Shown piece by piece: positions 10,552 to 23,434 of a DNA stretch of 64,000 bases. A model generated the notes under the pieces. It was not told where the DNA came from and did no database searches. It saw only the letters and a list, made by a program, of their open reading frames with translations. The position numbers were made by a program, and so were the translations under genes. The stretch is from an uncultured virus (IMG/VR IMGVR_UViG_2061766007_000756). Lineage: Duplodnaviria; Heunggongvirae; Uroviricota; Caudoviricetes. Within the stretch, counting starts at the first letter, position 1. The number at the start of each line of letters is the position of its first letter. The DNA lies in the IMG/VR virus record IMGVR_UViG_2061766007_000756. One strand, written 5' to 3'.

Positions 10552-11799
10552 ATTTTATGATACCAGTAGTTTACTAATCTTAAGAGATGCTTTATTCGAT
10601 GAAAATAAATATAGCCGTTTTGGTATCTCTTCTGTGACGTTAAAAGAACTGGAATCAATAAAAGTCTCTACTGATAAAGACTCTGAAATTAAGTATGCTG
10701 CGCGAAAATTACTTAGTGCGNNNNNNNNNNNNNNNNNNNNNNNNNNNNNNNNNNNNNNNNAAGCCAGAAATGCTTAAACCAATAAAAGAAAAAGGACTGG
10801 AAATTTCTAATGATATGAAGATATTGGCTTCAGCCATTTTCTATGATAATGAATTCCATCCTGATGAAACAATTTTCGTAACAAATGATATGAATTTACG
10901 AAGTTTTGCAAATCTCTTTTTTGGAGAAGATTCAATAGAAGTAGTAGGCTATCATAAATCTGATGATTATAAAGGTTATATTGATGTAACCTTTAATGAT
11001 AATCAAATGTGCGAATTTTATTCAAACTAGTGTTATAATACATTAAATGCAAAAATCGGAGAATATATTATAATTCGCGATAAAGATAATTTAATAGTAG
11101 ATAAATTAGTATGGACAGGAGATGGATATCGTCAACTGAAATACGCGCCTTTCACTAGCAAGTGGTTTGGGACTATTAAACCAGCTAAAGACGATGTTTA
11201 TCAAGCTTTCGCCGCAGATAGTCTAATGCATAATCAGCTTACCATGCTTAAAGGTCCAGCAGGATCGGGCAAAACATATCTATCTCTTGGCTATTTATTT
11301 TCAAAATTAGAGAAAGGCGATATTGATCGTATCGTTGTCTTTTGTAATACTGTTGCTACACGCAATTCTGCCAAATTAGGTTTTTATCCTGGTACTAGAG
11401 ATGAAAAACTATTAGATTCACAAATAGGAAATTTATTAACTAGTAAAATTGGCGGCAGAGTTGAGGTTGAANNNNNNNNNNNNNNNNNNNCTTTTACCAT
11501 TGTCTGACATTCGTGGGTATGAAACTCCTGATCGAAGTGGGGTTTATATTTCAGAAGCTCAAAACCTTGATATTGACATGATGCAATTAGCATTAACGCG
11601 TATTAGTGCCGATAGTATTTGTGTTATTGATGGTGATGATAAAACCCAAGTCGATTTGCCTGCATATGCCGGAGAATATAATGGTATGAAAAAAGTGTCC
11701 AAAGTGTACCGTGGACACAATATATATGGTGAAGTTGAATTACATTTTGTTCACAGAAGTGTAATTGCTGATTTGGCGCGACAATTAAGTACCATATAA
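10538..11799 (+). CDS. phoH: PIN-domain PhoH-family ATPase; TAG 11028 read as Gln
   Basis: FYDTSSLL (PIN), GPAGSGKT, LGFYPG, DIRG, SEAQN, IDGD..QVD; frame open across TAG. Confidence 0.85.
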
Positions 11800-11834
11800 T
11801 ATTGTTTTTGTAACTAATAAAGGAGGAATTTTTT

Positions 11835-13555
11835 GTGAGCTTAATCGGAAAAACTAATGCAGAAAAAATTTGGAATTATTTAATGAAAGAATTGGATAAT
11901 CCATATGGCGTAGCTGGAATCATGGGCAACATGAAAGCAGAAAGCGATTTAAGACCAGATAAGATTCAAGACAGTTACGAAACAAATCTCGGCATGACAA
12001 GTGAGTCATATATTAATGCCGTTGATGATGGCTCATATAAAAATTTCGTAAATGACTGGACTGGCTATGGCTTACTTCAATGGGTTAGTCCTTCTTTAAA
12101 ACAAGAATTTTATGATTACTTTATAAGTAGACATATTTCTATTGCTGATTTAGAAACTCAATTGGAGTTTTTATGTTATCAGCTTAAAAAAGATTTTAAA
12201 ACACTTATTTGGGATGTGTGCGCCAACGCCTCTAATGTGCGCGAAGCCTCAGATGCAGTCCTCTTTGAGTTTGAACCTCGAGAGGATGAAAGCGAGCAGG
12301 CGCAAGAACAAATAGCAGAATTCGGACAAACATTCTTTAATCAATTTGGAAGTTCTAAAATTCAAACAATTGGAAAAATAGAACTAGAAACTGAATCTAA
12401 TAATACAGTAGAAGGTTTAATAACAACTCAATCCAATATTATTGATTCAAATATTAAAATGAAATACTCTGATGAACACAAACCTTTAGCATGCATAATG
12501 ACAAATAGTACTTGTTATTTATCAACCAAAGCGTTTTACCCATAGGGTATTTTATGGCATACCACTGGTATTAATAATCCATATTTGAAGAGATACGTAC
12601 AACCATCTTCAAAAGATCCTAATTATACTGATTTAATTAAGAAAATAGGTAAAAATACATATGGTAATGATTTGAATCATATTCACTGTAATAGTGGAGT
12701 AAATTGTTATATTGGTAAATTAGCTGATGAAACAATTACTGCTGTACAGACTTTGCCTTGGAATTATTGTCCATGGGGATGTGGAACAGGGCCAGAAGGT
12801 TCTTGTAATGATTTATGGATACAAATTGAAATTTGTGAAGATAATTTAAATAATCGATCTTATTTTAATAAAGTCTATATGGAAGCTTGCCAAATTACTG
12901 CTTATTTATGTAAATTGTTTAATATAAATCCTTTTGGATTTGTCAATTATAAAAAACAATTAATACCAACTATTTTGTGTCATCAAGATGCTTATAAATT
13001 TGGTTTAGGGTCAAATCATATTGATGTTTATCATTGGTTTAATAAACATAATAAGACAATGGAAGACGTTAAAAATGATGTATATAAAATTTTGAACTCT
13101 GAAGTAGAAGAATATTTAGCACCAATGCCTACACAAAAGGTTAATATATTAAAGTATCTTCAACCAGGAGATGAAATTATACTTAAACCAAATACGACTT
13201 ATTTATCTGGTAAGACAATTCCAAATTGGATATTTAAGTCAAAATTATATGTACGACAAATTAATGATAATAGTGTTATGTTTGCTACCATTAAAGATGA
13301 AGAAGAAGTTCTGGGTATGGTAACAAAAGAAAATGTTGTTCCAGTTTCTAGTTTATTTGAACAATATGATATAATTGTTACTTCAAGTGCACTTAATGTG
13401 CGTTCAGGGCCTGGAATGTCATATGATATTAATTTAACTGTACACAAAGGTGATATTTTAACCGTTGTTGATGAACAAGATGGATGGGNNNNNNNNNNNN
13501 NNNNNNNNNNNNNNNNNNNNNTTGGATTAATTTGAAATTTACAGAAAAAATGTAA
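11835..13555 (+). CDS. Modular endolysin: phage lysozyme + amidase_2 + SH3b; TAG 12543 read as Gln
   Basis: GVAGIMGNMKAES, GYGLLQW; FYP(TAG)GILWHTTG..NPYLKRYVQP, QIEICED, ILCHQD, SNHID; LNVRSGPG. Confidence 0.85.
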
Positions 13556-13576
13556 TATTATAAGGGCAATAAAAGA

Positions 13577-13605
13577 GGGACTGGTGTCTAACCAGCCCCT
13601 TTTTA
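13577..13605 (+). terminator. Rho-independent terminator
   Basis: AGGGACTGG/CCAGCCCT stem plus T tract. Confidence 0.55.
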
Positions 13606-13639
13606 ATTGTGCCTTAAAAAGGAAATGGAGGGAAAAATT

Positions 13640-14610
13640 ATGGCTGNNNNNNNNNNNNNNNNNNNNNNNNNNNNNNNNNNNNNNNNNNNNNNNNNNNNNN
13701 NGATGGAAAGGCTAAAGCTGGCGACCAAAAGAACGGCAATGAAGTAAGTGCTCAAGACTGGTATTTACATGACAAGGGCTGGGTCGTAATCAGAGCTAAA
13801 GACACTACCGCAAGAAAGAAAATCGCTTATGCAATGCAAAGAGCTTGTGATAACAATAACATTGGATACGATCAAAGCCAAAGAGATACCGCTTGGGACT
13901 GGTGCGAAAGAAATAATAACTGGGATCCTGGCGCAATTAATACTCCTGTAGAAACAGATTGCTCTTCATTAGTAAAACTTTGCTGNNNNNNNNNNNNTAA
14001 TGGTTATTTCTATACTGCTAATGAAACGCAAAAATTAAAAGAAACTGGTAAATTTGAAATTTTAACAAGTACCAAATATACCAAATCTCCTGATTATCTA
14101 TTGGCTGGCGACATCTTAAATACTAAAACTCAAGGACATACTGTCATAGTATTGAATGATGGACCAAAAGCTGGTAAAACCGATCCTATTCCAACATATC
14201 CAACAATTGGAACCGCCGTTGCAAAGCAAGGTATGAATGTGCGTACTGGCGATAGCACCAATCACACAATCATTGGCGGAATCGCAAAAGGTGAAACTGT
14301 TCAGGTTATTGAACAATTGCCTTCTGGTTGGCTAAAAATTGTTTGGAACAAAGAGCAACCTGGATATGCTTTTGTTTCTAATAGAGGCAATCGTTATTTT
14401 GATGTAAAAGTCAAATCGGAGTTCCCATATACAGTACAAGTTACTGCTAATGCGCTTTATGTGCGCAAAGGACCTGGCACACAGTATACCGCTGTTACTG
14501 TTGTTCACTATGGTGAGAAATATGTGATCACCGGAATTGAAAATGAGAAATGGGCCAAGCTTCAAAATGGCAAAGGCTACATCTCAATGGTTTATGCAAA
14601 GAAGGTATAA
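13640..14610 (+). CDS. Cell-wall peptidase (NlpC/P60/CHAP-like) with two SH3b domains
   Basis: GYDQSQR, ETDCSSLV, GDIL...GHTVIV; MNVRTG and LYVRKGPG. Confidence 0.8.
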
Positions 14611-14615
14611 AAATT

Positions 14616-15050
14616 ATGAAAGATAACACCACAAATACAAAGAAAAAAGATATTGCTGATAAAAAAGCAGCAAGAAAGAAAAAACAAACTTCGAAAAATA
14701 CGGAGTTCTCTAAGAGATTGATTTGGCAAGAATCAGCATTGATTTGGGTTATTACAATCTCATTTATTATTCTTGCCTTTGTGTGTGTTAAAAACGCTTA
14801 TTTTGGTGAGCTGCCATGGCTAACTGCCATGGTTGGCTTACCATGGACTGCTTATGCAGTAAGCCAAGCCTTTTATTATAGAAAGGCAATGAAGGAAAAC
14901 ACAAAGGACGGAATCAAGTACGATACAACTATGGCAGAATTGCAATAGGATTTACAACAAGAACAAACAGAATTCGAAATGGAATTAAATAAAGATTACA
15001 CAGAAGTACAATTAGACGACACAAATAATGATGAAGATGCCGTAGGATAA
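14616..15050 (+). CDS. Two-TM holin-like protein; TAG 14946 read as Gln
   Basis: EFSKRL, two hydrophobic segments, FYYRKAMKEN; continues to TAA 15050. Confidence 0.65.
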
Positions 15051-15131
15051 TTTTNNNNNNNNNNGGGCATACAGTATACCGCTGTTACTGTTGTTCACTA
15101 TGGTGAGAAATATGTGATCANNNNNNNNNNC

Positions 15132-15160
15132 TTGACAAAATTAAAATTTTATGTTATAAT
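15132..15160 (+). promoter_or_regulatory. sigmaA-type promoter
   Basis: TTGACA-17-TATAAT with extended TG. Confidence 0.85.
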
Positions 15161-15363
15161 ATAGGTGTAAAGAAAAATCGAGGCTAAAAAACTTATGTGG
15201 AAATGGATTAAAATGCCTCCAAGTGAGGAAACTCACCCACTATATTGGGTGTGNNNNNNNNNNNNNNNNNNNNNNNNNNNNNNNNNNNNNNNNNNNNNNN
15301 NNNNNNNNNNNNNNNNNNNNNNNNNNNNNNNNNNNNNNNNNNNNNNNNNNNNNNNNNNNNNAA

Positions 15364-17265
15364 GTGAAAGAAACAATTGAGAATTATGGTGTAAAAGACA
15401 TCAAAACTCTCGAAGGTATTGAAGCTATAAGATTGCGCCCAGGCATGTACATCGGATCGACTGGCCCCGAGGGAGTCAAACAGATAACCTTGGAGATTAT
15501 TTCAAATGCCGTTGATGAATATTTAAACGGATATTGTACAAGTTGTTCAATTTATGTCGGTGAAGATGATAATGTAACAATTATTGATAATGGTAGAGGA
15601 ATTCCATTTGGCAAAGCTAAAGATGGTTCTGAAACTTTAATCAATGTATTTACAAAACTGCATACCGGCGCTAAATTTGATAGCGATGGAAAAACTGGAT
15701 ATAATACTTCTGGAGGTATGAATGGCGTTGGCGCAAAGGCGACAAACGCACTTTCATTTTTCTTTAATGTTTCTTCTCATAGAGATGGCAAAGAAGCAAT
15801 TGCAACGTTCCAAAAGGGCAAGAATACCTTTTATACAGTAAGAGACTGGAACGATGCTNNNNNNNNNNNNNNNNNNNNNNNNNNNNNNNNNATCTTTAAA
15901 GAAGGTATTACTCTTGATTATAATGCTTTAAGAAAACAGTTACAAGAGTTAGCCTATCTTTCTCCTGGTCTAGTTTTTCACTTCAAATATAAAGATAAGC
16001 CAATGGAAGATATTTCTTCTCAAAATGGTATTCTTGATTATATTGAAGATTTGAATAAGAATAAAAATGTGATTACTTCAGTATTTTATGCTGAAAATCT
16101 TGAAAATAGAATCGGTGTTAAGTTAGCTATGTCTTACAATGACACTTATACCGATACATATAAGTTATATACAAATTCCATTCCGAATACAAGCGGAACT
16201 CACTTAACTGGTTTTAGAACTGCATTAACTCAGCAAATTAATGCATATGCGCGCGAAAATAAACTTTTAAAAGAAAAAGATGCTAATATTAGCGGCGATG
16301 AACTTAAAGAGGGCTTAACTTTAGTTTTAAGTTTTATTATGCCCGATCCAGTATTCTCTGGTCAAACTAAAGATGTGCTCTCCAGTAGTGAAGCAAGAAC
16401 AGCAGTACAAAGATTAACAGCTAATTCTTTAAAAGAATGGTTTGATACACATCCAAAAGATGCAAAAACTATCATTGATAAAGCATTATTAGCACGTGCG
16501 GCCAGAGAAAAAGCAAAAAAGGCTAAAGAAACAGTTCGTAAGCAAGATGTAAAGAAACGTGCGGTCTTGCCTGGTACGCTCGCAGATGCCAGTTCACACG
16601 ATCGTAAAAAATGTGAAGTCTTTATTGTTGAGGGCAGATCTGCGGCAGGCTCGACTAAGGAAGCGCGTGACCGAGCGACGCAAGCTGTATTGCCAGTTCG
16701 TGGTAAAATTCTTAATGTTTTAAAGACAGATTTACATAAAGCGATGCAAAATGCAGAAATCAGTGCAATGATTGATGCTTTTGGTTTGGAGGTAAAAGAT
16801 GGCAAAGTCATTGTCGATGAATCTAAACTTCGTTATGGGAAAATCGTTATCACAGCAGACGCTGATGTGGATGGCTCTCATATACGAATTCTATTTCTCA
16901 CTTTTATTTGGAAATTTGCGCCAGAACTGATTGAAAAAGGATATATTTATGCAGCAGTACCTCCACTTTATAAGGTGACAATAGGGAATAAATTCCAGTA
17001 TCTTAAAGATGATGCTGAATTAGAAGCATTTAGAAAAAAAACTACTCGTTCATTTGAGCTGGGCAGAATGAAAGGTCTTGGTGAGATGGATCCTCATGAA
17101 ATGGCTGAGACAGTCATGAATCCAGAAACTCGCACATTGAAGCAGATCACAATGGACAATGCGCAGGAAGTAGCGGCAATGTTTATGAATCTGATGGGCG
17201 AATCTTCAACACCAAGAAAGAAATTTATTGAAGAAAATGCTTGGAGGGCCAATGTAGATGTCTAA
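15364..17265 (+). CDS. gyrB: Type IIA topoisomerase subunit B
   Basis: RPGMYIG, EIISNAVDE, DNGRGIP, GMNGVG, VEGRSA, RGKILN, DADVDGSHI, KGLGEM. Confidence 0.95.
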   Translation: MKETIENYGVKDIKTLEGIEAIRLRPGMYIGSTGPEGVKQITLEIISNAVDEYLNGYCTSCSIYVGEDDNVTIIDNGRGIPFGKAKDGSETLINVFTKLHTGAKFDSDGKTGYNTSGGMNGVGAKATNALSFFFNVSSHRDGKEAIATFQKGKNTFYTVRDWNDAXXXXXXXXXXXIFKEGITLDYNALRKQLQELAYLSPGLVFHFKYKDKPMEDISSQNGILDYIEDLNKNKNVITSVFYAENLENRIGVKLAMSYNDTYTDTYKLYTNSIPNTSGTHLTGFRTALTQQINAYARENKLLKEKDANISGDELKEGLTLVLSFIMPDPVFSGQTKDVLSSSEARTAVQRLTANSLKEWFDTHPKDAKTIIDKALLARAAREKAKKAKETVRKQDVKKRAVLPGTLADASSHDRKKCEVFIVEGRSAAGSTKEARDRATQAVLPVRGKILNVLKTDLHKAMQNAEISAMIDAFGLEVKDGKVIVDESKLRYGKIVITADADVDGSHIRILFLTFIWKFAPELIEKGYIYAAVPPLYKVTIGNKFQYLKDDAELEAFRKKTTRSFELGRMKGLGEMDPHEMAETVMNPETRTLKQITMDNAQEVAAMFMNLMGESSTPRKKFIEENAWRANVDV

Positions 17266-17572
17266 AATAGATCATATTGATTTTGTTAGACCTCATGCTG
17301 GTGATGTTGTTATATTCTATTTTAATCTGGATGAAATGGACGTAGAAGAAGCAAAACGATGTCATGATGAATTGCAGACAAATGTTTTCCCTAATAACAC
17401 AGTAATTGGTCTGCCCGATGTAACTCAACTCATTGGATGCAACAAAGAAGATTTTCTAAAGGCCATTATGGACATTTTAAGAGAGATGTTCCCTGGCAAA
17501 GATGTTCTTCCTTATATTGAAAATGACTTTGAGTTACTGTTGTCTGACGAAGACGATGAAAATCTACACTGA
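17258..17572 (+). CDS. Hypothetical protein
   Basis: 104 aa ORF coupled to neighbours. Confidence 0.6.
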   Translation: MSKIDHIDFVRPHAGDVVIFYFNLDEMDVEEAKRCHDELQTNVFPNNTVIGLPDVTQLIGCNKEDFLKAIMDILREMFPGKDVLPYIENDFELLLSDEDDENLH

Positions 17573-18014
17573 TGGTAGTGCAAACCCAAACCCAGGCCCA
17601 GGAGGGTTTGGGGTGCTAGTACTTGACAACGAAGAATTTTTTGTGTATAATATTTATACAGAAAGAAGTTCAAAAACAACAAACAACAAAGAAGAACTAA
17701 AAGCTATCTTATATGCTCTAAAAACTTATGGTGTTAATATCTTTAATGAAGAATTTGCAGATATACCAATAGTATATAGTGATAGCGCTTATGCCATAAA
17801 TACATATAGCGATTGGATGTGGAGATGGGCTAATAATGATTGGAAGAAATCAGACAATACCACTCCAGAAAATCTTGATATTATTATGGAATATTATAAT
17901 TTATGGTGCGAAGGATATAGAATCGATCTTCAAAAAGTAAAAGGTCATAGTAATAATAAAGGAAATATTATCGCGGACGCCCTCGCGCAAGGAAAGTTAG
18001 AAGGAAAAATATGA
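17556..18014 (+). CDS. rnhA: Ribonuclease HI
   Basis: IYTDGS..NPGPGG, TTNNKEEL, SDSAY, KVKGHS..GN..ADALA. Confidence 0.92.
   Translation: MKIYTDGSANPNPGPGGFGVLVLDNEEFFVYNIYTERSSKTTNNKEELKAILYALKTYGVNIFNEEFADIPIVYSDSAYAINTYSDWMWRWANNDWKKSDNTTPENLDIIMEYYNLWCEGYRIDLQKVKGHSNNKGNIIADALAQGKLEGKI
17623..17651 (+). promoter_or_regulatory. sigmaA consensus promoter embedded in rnhA
   Basis: TTGACA-17-TATAAT. Confidence 0.6.
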
Positions 18015-20498
18015 GTGAGAATATTATAAAAACACCAATAAAACAAGAGGTTGAACAGAGCTTTCTCGATTATAGTCTTAGTGTAATCACAGACAGAGCG
18101 CTCCCTAGTGCCGAAGATGGTTTGAAACCAGTAGGAAGAAGAATTTTATGGGATATGCTCGATAAAGGTTATACAAGTAATAAAAAGTTTGTTAAGTGCG
18201 CTCAACCGGTCGGTGATACGATGGGTAGATTTCATCCTCATGGTGATAGTTCTATATATGGCGCACTTGTTTGGTTATCTCAACCTTGGACTATGAGATA
18301 CCCTTTAATTGATTTCCACGGAAATAATGGTAGCCGTGATGGTGATGAACCAGCGGCATATAGATATACAGAATGTAAACTTTCTAAATTAGCAGAAGAA
18401 ACTCTTGCTAATATTAAAAAGAATACGGTTGATTGGGTAAATGCTTATACCGATGAAGAGCAAGAGCCTGTTTATCTTCCAGGCTTAGTCCCGAATTTGT
18501 TAATCAATGGGACTTCTGGAATTGCAGTAGCTATGGCTTGTAGTTTCGCCCCTCATAATTTAAACGAAATTATGGATGCGATTATTTATGCAACTGAAAA
18601 TCCTGATTGTGAATGTAAAGAATTATTAAAGTTTGTACAAGGCCCTGATTTTCCTACTGGTGGTTTGATTATTAATAAAGATGAATTAGCCACTGCATAT
18701 TTGACAGGAAAAGGCCGCGCAAGAATAAGAGGCGAATATGAAATTGAGTCTAAAAATGGTAGAGATGCGATTGTATTTACGTCAATTCCTTACAAAGTTT
18801 CGAAAGAAGATCTTATCATTGATATTGACAAAAAATGTGAANNNNNNNNNNNNNNNNNNNNNNNNNNNNNNNGACGAATCCAACTCGTTGGGGGTCCGAT
18901 TTGTCATTGAGCTTGAAAAAGGCGTTGCAATTGAGCCAATTATTGCAAAACTCTTTAAAATAACTAATCTTGAAAATACATATAGTATTAATCAAGTATC
19001 TTTGTATGATAAAAATCCAAGATTATTTAATTTAAAACAGTTAATTGGTATATATATTGAGCATCAACAAGATGTGCTTGTAAGAAGATGTCAGTTTGAT
19101 TTAACCAAAGCGCAGGATCGCGCACATATCTTACTTGGCTTATTAAAGGCTCTGGAAGATATTGATAATGTTATCAAAATTATTAAAGAGTCAGAAAGCG
19201 CAGCAAAAGCAAAAGAGAAATTAATTGCAAAATATAATTTCTCTGAACCTCAAGTAAAAGCTATTCTTGATATGAAATTAAGCAAACTCGCAGGATTGGA
19301 GAGAATTGAGATTCAAAATGAATATGACCAGAAGTTGGCTGAAATGGAANNNNNNNNNNNNNNNNNNNNNNNNNNNNNNNNNNNNNNNNNNNNNNNNNNN
19401 NNNNNNNNNNNNNNTATGGTGACCCTCGCCGCACAAAAATTACTCAAGTTGCAATTACTCCAGAAGAAAAAGAAATTGAATTTGTTGAACCTGAGAAATG
19501 TGTAGTTGTTATGACTGAAGGCGGCACTATTAAGAGAATTCCTACTTCATCCTTCCGTACGCAGAAGCGCAATGGCAAGGGTGTAAAATCTCAAGAAGAT
19601 ATTACTTCTGAAGTAATTAGAACAAATACTATCGACCAGCTTATGGTATTTACAAATCAAGGTCGTATGTATAGACTACTGGTTAATGANNNNNNNNNNT
19701 AAGGGCGTAAAATCTCAAGAGGATATTACTTCTGAAGTAATTAGAACAAATACTATCGACCAGCTTATGGTGTTTACAAACCAGGGTCGTATGTATAGAC
19801 TACTGGTTAATGATATTCCAGAAGGCACAAATGCAAGTAAAGGCACTTCAATTCGTGCGTTAATTGCAATGGAGACCGGAGAAGAACCTACTTTAATGTA
19901 TTCAATTTATCGAGAAACTGATGCTAATTTTGTATTATTTGTAACTAAAAATGGTACAGTTAAAAAGACAAATCTTGATGAATATGTGAATACAAAGAAG
20001 AAAACCGGTATTGGTGCTATCAATCTACGCGAAGGTGATGCGCTTGCGGCCGTGGCTCTTGTGAAGGATGAGCAGCTGGCTTTAGTAACGAAGAATGGTT
20101 ATGTCTTAAGATTCAAATCTACTGATATTAGTCCTTCTTCTCGCATGACTATTGGTGTCAAAGGCATTAATCTTGGAGAGGGAGATTATGTGGTCGCCGC
20201 ACTNNNNNNNNNNNNNNNNNNNNNNNNNNAATCTCGCACTTTTCACTGCTGATGGTATGGGTAAAAAGATTGCGCCAACTGAATCAGTGCTTCAGAATCG
20301 AGGCGGAAAAGGTGTTGTGTGTTATAAAGGAAATAGCTATATTACTGCAGCGGCTTTAGTTAATGATGAGGATTCTATACTAATTTGTGGAGATAAAAAT
20401 AGCATATGCGTTTCTGCAACAGACATTCCTCTACTGGGGCGTGCAACGCAAGGTAANNNNNNNNNNNNNNNNNNNNNNNNTCGGTAACAAAAGCATGA
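18011..20498 (+). CDS. gyrA: Type IIA topoisomerase subunit A
   Basis: RALPSAEDGLKPVGRR, FHPHGD, AAYRYTE, GPDFPTG, C-terminal pinwheel repeats; gap-split. Confidence 0.93.
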
Positions 20499-20698
20499 TA
20501 GAAGTTCCAAAACAATATGAGGAAGCAATTAAAGAAATAATTGCTATTTTAGATGCATATGGATATAACCCATTGAATGCACAAGCTTTGATTAGAATGG
20601 CCGCAATTATAGATACCGAAATAGGTGATCCAATGGCTGCATTAAAAATATTAATGAATGAGTATGCAGAAATGCACAAATACGTGGGAGAGCACTAA
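20495..20698 (+). CDS. Hypothetical protein
   Basis: ATGA overlap with gyrA stop; GGAGAGCA/TGCTCTCC hairpin after. Confidence 0.55.
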   Translation: MIEVPKQYEEAIKEIIAILDAYGYNPLNAQALIRMAAIIDTEIGDPMAALKILMNEYAEMHKYVGEH

Positions 20699-20770
20699 TG
20701 CTCTCCTACTTTATTTTATTAAAAAATTATGTTATAATATATATAGGTAAAGAGATTAAGGAGTTTTCAA

Positions 20771-22775
20771 ATGGATATTAACAACATCATCAAAGAAGGT
20801 TATGCAGATCCCATTGAAGAAATGCAAGACCTTATAACGTGGTTAAATGAGACAACTAGGCTGTACGATATGGGTACTCCANNNNNNNNNNNNNNNNNNT
20901 AGATACTATCGACTTGTTCTATTGGAAAAAGAAACTGGGACTATTTTACCAAACTCCCCCACTCAGTTAATCTATTTTGAGGTTAAAGACAAACTCAGCA
21001 AAATTAAACACGAACATTTAATGTTATCTTTGGATAAGACGAAGGACCCTGAAGAGGTGAAGGCTTTCCTCGGTGACAGAGAGTGGATGGCGATGGGCAA
21101 AATGGATGGTTTAACCTGTTCTCTTACCTATGAAAATGGCGAGTTAGTACGCGCTGAAACTAGAGGAAATGGGGAGGAAGGCGAAGACATCCTTCATAAT
21201 GCAAAGGCCAATCTTTCAATTCCAAACCATATTCCTTATAAAAAGCGAGTCGTTATTGATGGCGAAATTATTTGTACTTATGATGAGTTTAAGAAAGTTA
21301 GTGAGCAGTATAAAAATCCTCGAAATTATGCCGCTGGTTCTATTCGTCTGCTGGATTCGCACGAAAGCAGAGATAGATTTTTAACTTTCGTTGCATGGGA
21401 CGTGTTGGAGTTTATTGAATTACCGGATTTTGTTAAAAATCCGCACTCTTTAGTGCATCAGCTCGGTAAAGTTGAAGACTGGGGATTTGCAACTCCGCCA
21501 AGAATTTGGAATTGTTCTGTGGAAACTGCCATTGATTTTATCAAAAGTGAAGCAGAAGAAATGAGTTATCCAATAGACGGAGTGGTCTTTAAATTTAACG
21601 ATTTGGATTTACGTGAATCTCTTGGTTATACTGCACATCATTTTAACAATGCTATCGCATTTAAGTTTTTTGATGATTTGTATGATACGAGATTAAGATA
21701 TATTTCGTGGACTATGGGAAGAACTGGAGTTTTAACTCCTGTGGCAGTATTTGATCCAATAGATGCAGATGGTTCTACCATTGAAAGAGCATCTTTGCAT
21801 AATGTGAGTGTTATGCGAGAGACTCTTGGAAATTGCGCTTATGTTGGCGAGCCTTTAAAAGTGTATAAGGCTAATCAAATTATCCCACAAATTGCAGAAG
21901 CCGGTCCGAAATATGATTATGGCTATGTAATAGCCCATGGCGGNNNNNNNNNNNNNNNNNNNNAAAGATGTCCTGTTTGCGGCAGTACGGATATTTCAAT
22001 TTATGATAATGATGGCGTACAAGTTTTAATGTGTGATAATCCTTTATGTGAAGGTAAATTAATCAATCGACTCGACCATTTCTTTGGAATAAAGGGCTTA
22101 AATGCAAAAGGAATTTCTAAATCAACTTTTGAAAAGTTAATTGACTGGGGTTGGTTAAGTAATCTTTGTGATGTTTATCATNNNNNNNNNNNNNNNNNNN
22201 NNNNNNNNNNNAGAAACCTGGTTTTGGAGATAAATCTGTTGCAAAGATTTTGAATTCAATTAAAGAAGCTTCAACCAATGTTAGTTGGGAAAAATTCCTG
22301 TGCGCGCTCGGCATTCCGCTCATTGGGTCTACCGTTTCCAAGGATTTTGCGAAGATATTTGTATCTTGGGACGAGTTTAGACAAGCCGTAAAAGACGGGT
22401 ATAAATTCTATGATTTGCCTAATTTTGGATTGGAAAAACATAAAGCAATCATGAATTTTAATTATGATGAAGCCGATGAATTGGCTAAGTCATATATTGG
22501 ATTTGCAAGTCCGATGGAGAAAGAGGAGAATGCGTCACCACAAAGTGCTATTAATGGAAAAATCTTTGTGGTTACTGGAAAGTTGCAAACTTTCAAAAAT
22601 AGAGCTGAATTACAAGCCGATATNNNNNNNNNNNNNNNNNNNNNNNNNNNNNAATACAAATTATTTAATTAATAATGATAAGGCTTCTACTTCAGCAAAA
22701 AATGTAGCGGCTAAGAAGCTTGGGATACCAATCATCTCAGAAGCTGAATATAGAGAGATGGCCTTGCAATTTTAA
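20771..22775 (+). CDS. ligA: NAD-dependent DNA ligase
   Basis: MLSLDK, KMDG, ETRGNG..GED, NPRN, DGVV, GRTG, RASLHN, Zn finger, BRCT; gap-split. Confidence 0.92.
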
Positions 22776-22820
22776 AAAAAATTTAGTATAATGTAAATGT
22801 AAATAAGGAAATAAAAATTA

Positions 22821-23012
22821 ATGACAAAGCGAGAGTGTAAACGGATTGCGGAGAAGATAGCCGCATTAGAAAAAGTCATACAGACTTCCACAGATCCAGA
22901 AGAAAAAAGAAAAGCTCAGAACAAAGTAATAAAAATCTGTGGTTCATTTACTGATATAGAAGCTATGATGCAAGTAGATGAGGCCGTTCAAGAAATATTA
23001 AAAAACTCTTGA
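22821..23012 (+). CDS. Hypothetical protein
   Basis: Own promoter TTGCAA 22764 / TATAAT 22787. Confidence 0.6.
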   Translation: MTKRECKRIAEKIAALEKVIQTSTDPEEKRKAQNKVIKICGSFTDIEAMMQVDEAVQEILKNS

Positions 23013-23109
23013 CTTTATTAAAAATTTTTAGTATAATGTTTACATAAGCAAGAAATGCTTACGAAAAAACAAATTTAATCACTTTTTTAATTCAAAGGAG
23101 AAATGTATT

Positions 23110-23374
23110 ATGGCTATGAAGGAAAATTCTAAGAAAGTTCTGAATTATCTTAAGAGTATTAATGGCGGCGATCCTGTAACTGCTNNNNNNNNNNNNNNNN
23201 NNNNNNNNNNNNNNNNNNNNNNNNNNNNNNNNNNNNNNNNNTATTCAGCGTAAGAACCTGGGTGTCCGCACTCCTGCCGAAATCGAGCTTGAGGATGGAA
23301 CCCATAAGGCTGTGAAGTTCCTGTCCCTGACTCCGGCTGGTATGGATTTCGATCCCGACGCTGACGAAGAGTAA
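23110..23374 (+). CDS. Small putative winged-helix DNA-binding protein
   Basis: Promoter TTGACT 23009 / TATAAT 23032, AAAGGAG RBS, MAMKENSKKVLNYL...KFLSLTPAG. Confidence 0.55.
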
Positions 23375-23398
23375 TTCAACTGATAGGTTTTGTGATAA

Positions 23399-23429
23399 GG
23401 GGATAACTGTAAAGTTATCCCCATTTTTC
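23399..23429 (+). terminator. Rho-independent terminator
   Basis: GGGGATAACT-GTAA-AGTTATCCCC plus T tract. Confidence 0.75.
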
Positions 23430-23434
23430 TCACT

